From the NCBI RefSeq assembly GCF_030028105.1, contig NC_092397.1, positions 26,484,630-26,548,629 of the forward strand: a stretch of DNA of 64,000 nt. Direction: 5' to 3'. The DNA is from Mobula birostris. Lineage: Eukaryota. The position numbers and the translations under genes were made by a program. The notes under the pieces are model-generated. The model worked only from the letters and a program-made list of their open reading frames with translations. It was not told where the DNA came from and did no database searches. Shown one piece after another: positions 62,215-64,000 of this stretch (position 1 is the stretch's first letter; every line of letters begins with the position of its first letter).

Positions 62215-64000
62215 CTTTCATCGCCTGGACGATAGTAATACCTATGTCACGCTGTTGCTTAGTGATTACAGCTCAATGTTCAGCACCATCGCGCCTTCAG
62301 TTCTAAACAACAAGCCCCAAAACCTGGGCCTCTATTCCCCACTCTGCATCTGCATCCTTCACTTCCTCACTCGCTGACAATCAGCATTGCCGTGTCTCTA
62401 GGATGCGTGTGTAGCCCACTGCTCTATTCTCTCTACATCTAAGACAGTGTGGATAGGCACAGCTCAAACGTTATCTATAAATTTGCGGAGGAGACGATCA
62501 ATATTGGCCGAAATTTAGATGGTGTCGTGGAGACATACAGGTGCAAGATAGGTCTGCAGGTTGACTGGTGTCCTAACGACAACCTTGCACACAATTTCAG
62601 TAAGGTCGCGGGAATGATTGCGGACATTAAAAAAAAAACGCGAAATCGAGGGAACACACACCAGTCCTCGTCGAGGGATCAGCAGTGGAAATGGTGAGGG
62701 TGCAATTCCTGGGGTTCAACATCTCAGAAGATGTATCCTGCTGTAATTACACAGAAGGCACGACAACGGCTATGTTTTATGAGGTGGTTCAGTAGGAGGC
62801 TCAAAATGTCACCAGCTATGCTGAAATTTGTGCAGATGTACCGCAGAAAACATTCTATTTGGCTGCATCGCAGTCTGGAAAGGACGGGATCAGCATCAGA
62901 TCAAAAAACGCTGCAGAAAGTTGTGAACTACCAGTTCCAACATGGGCACTAGAATCCCCAGCAGTGAAGGCACCTTCAACAGACGAATCCTCAAAAAAAA
63001 AAGCGGCAAGCGTCCCTAAGGATCCTCACACCCAGCACATGCCCTCGTGTCATTGCTATCATCAAGTAGGAAGTATAGGAGCCTGAAGAATACAATCGAC
63101 GTTTCAGTAGTTTCTTCCAGTCCGCCATCAGATTTCTGAATGGACATTGCACTCATGGCCACTAAACTTGGTCTTGTTTTATATCATTGAGTGCAGTTTA
63201 CACAGATCAACTTACTGACAAATAAAGATGATTCACGCGGGAAATAATCCGGGAAAAAAAGATGTAGAGTCCTTAATCGTGCAAAGCTAACGATAGAGGG
63301 GTAGACATGGAAATCATAGGTTTCAGTTCGAAGTTTCACTCAGACAGAAAAGGAATTGACAGGAAATGCAGTGGAATAAAAAAGTGAATATTACAATTGC
63401 AATGTAGTTAAATTAATAACGGTAGGTGATGCCAGAATGCACCCCAACAATCAGCAATGCAAATAAACAGGCAAATCCTTCAGCGAACAGACCTCGCAAT
63501 AAAACTCGTCTGGGCTCTTCAATACACAACCTTTCTACGTCTCATTACAAGCCGCTCATAGTCAGGCAAATTGTTATCTTTGCGGACAACAAATTCAATA
63601 ATATCTTGTTATGTTGATATTTCATGCATTTTGTGATAAAGATGTTTATTTGGAGATGATAACCTTTCTCTAAATATTATTGTTTCCAGCATTTTGTTTA
63701 TTCTAGCAACTCAAACCACGCGTTGGAATGATAAAAATTGCAAAATATTGTTCAGAGAAGTTGGACAAACAAGTTGTTTTTGTAATATTCCTGGAGGAAC
63801 GAAATGCATTTCGTAATGGCATATTTTAAGAAAGGTTTCTGTTTCCAATAGGTTGCGGCTGATGTGAGTCAGAAGACCTTCCCAATAATTAGATCAGTGA
63901 TCTTCCGTCCCCTGTATATAATAAACATTCTTAATTGAATTTCTCATTTGTCGGCAGGTTGAAATTGTATGAGCAAACGATTGCAGCTTCTTATAAAACA

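Larger units (their letters stand above)
57705..63170 (+). mobile_element. Old Rex1/Babar-type LINE split by two CR1 insertions
   Basis: Pieces 57705-58340, 58920-59309 and 62215-63170 continue each other (FESVDW; PAGVLKNIFNVS; ..LLLSDYSSMFSTI; YKFAEET). Confidence 0.75.

Overview
Eukaryotic, retroelement-saturated vertebrate DNA. The repeat families (CR1 LINEs with short microsatellite tails, Rex1/Babar LINEs, Neptune-type Penelope elements, Tc1) suggest a cartilaginous fish; this is inference. Genic content is small. (i) A co-oriented replication-dependent histone group on the minus strand: intact H4 (13827-14138), a 5'-truncated H2B (10495-10754) and intact H2A (9188-9571), each with a canonical 3' stem-loop. 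(ii) A tRNA cassette (Asp-GTC, Gly-CCC, Asn-GTT, iMet) in three copies: A at ~31-39.7 kb, an old inverted partial copy B at ~40.4-43.6 kb, and a direct copy C at ~48.7-57.6 kb, with different genes lost in each. The strongest non-annotated signal is a Penelope-like system. Its 3' pLTR carries a minimal hammerhead ribozyme (best copy 41721-41756). One coding element and two tiny non-coding derivatives (93 and 132 bp) each sit between exact 14-bp target-site duplications. Also present are repeated orphan CpG-rich promoter modules, two with a first-exon-like splice donor. Most ORFs in the supplied track are retroelement debris or antisense shadows. Boundaries of degraded repeats are approximate.
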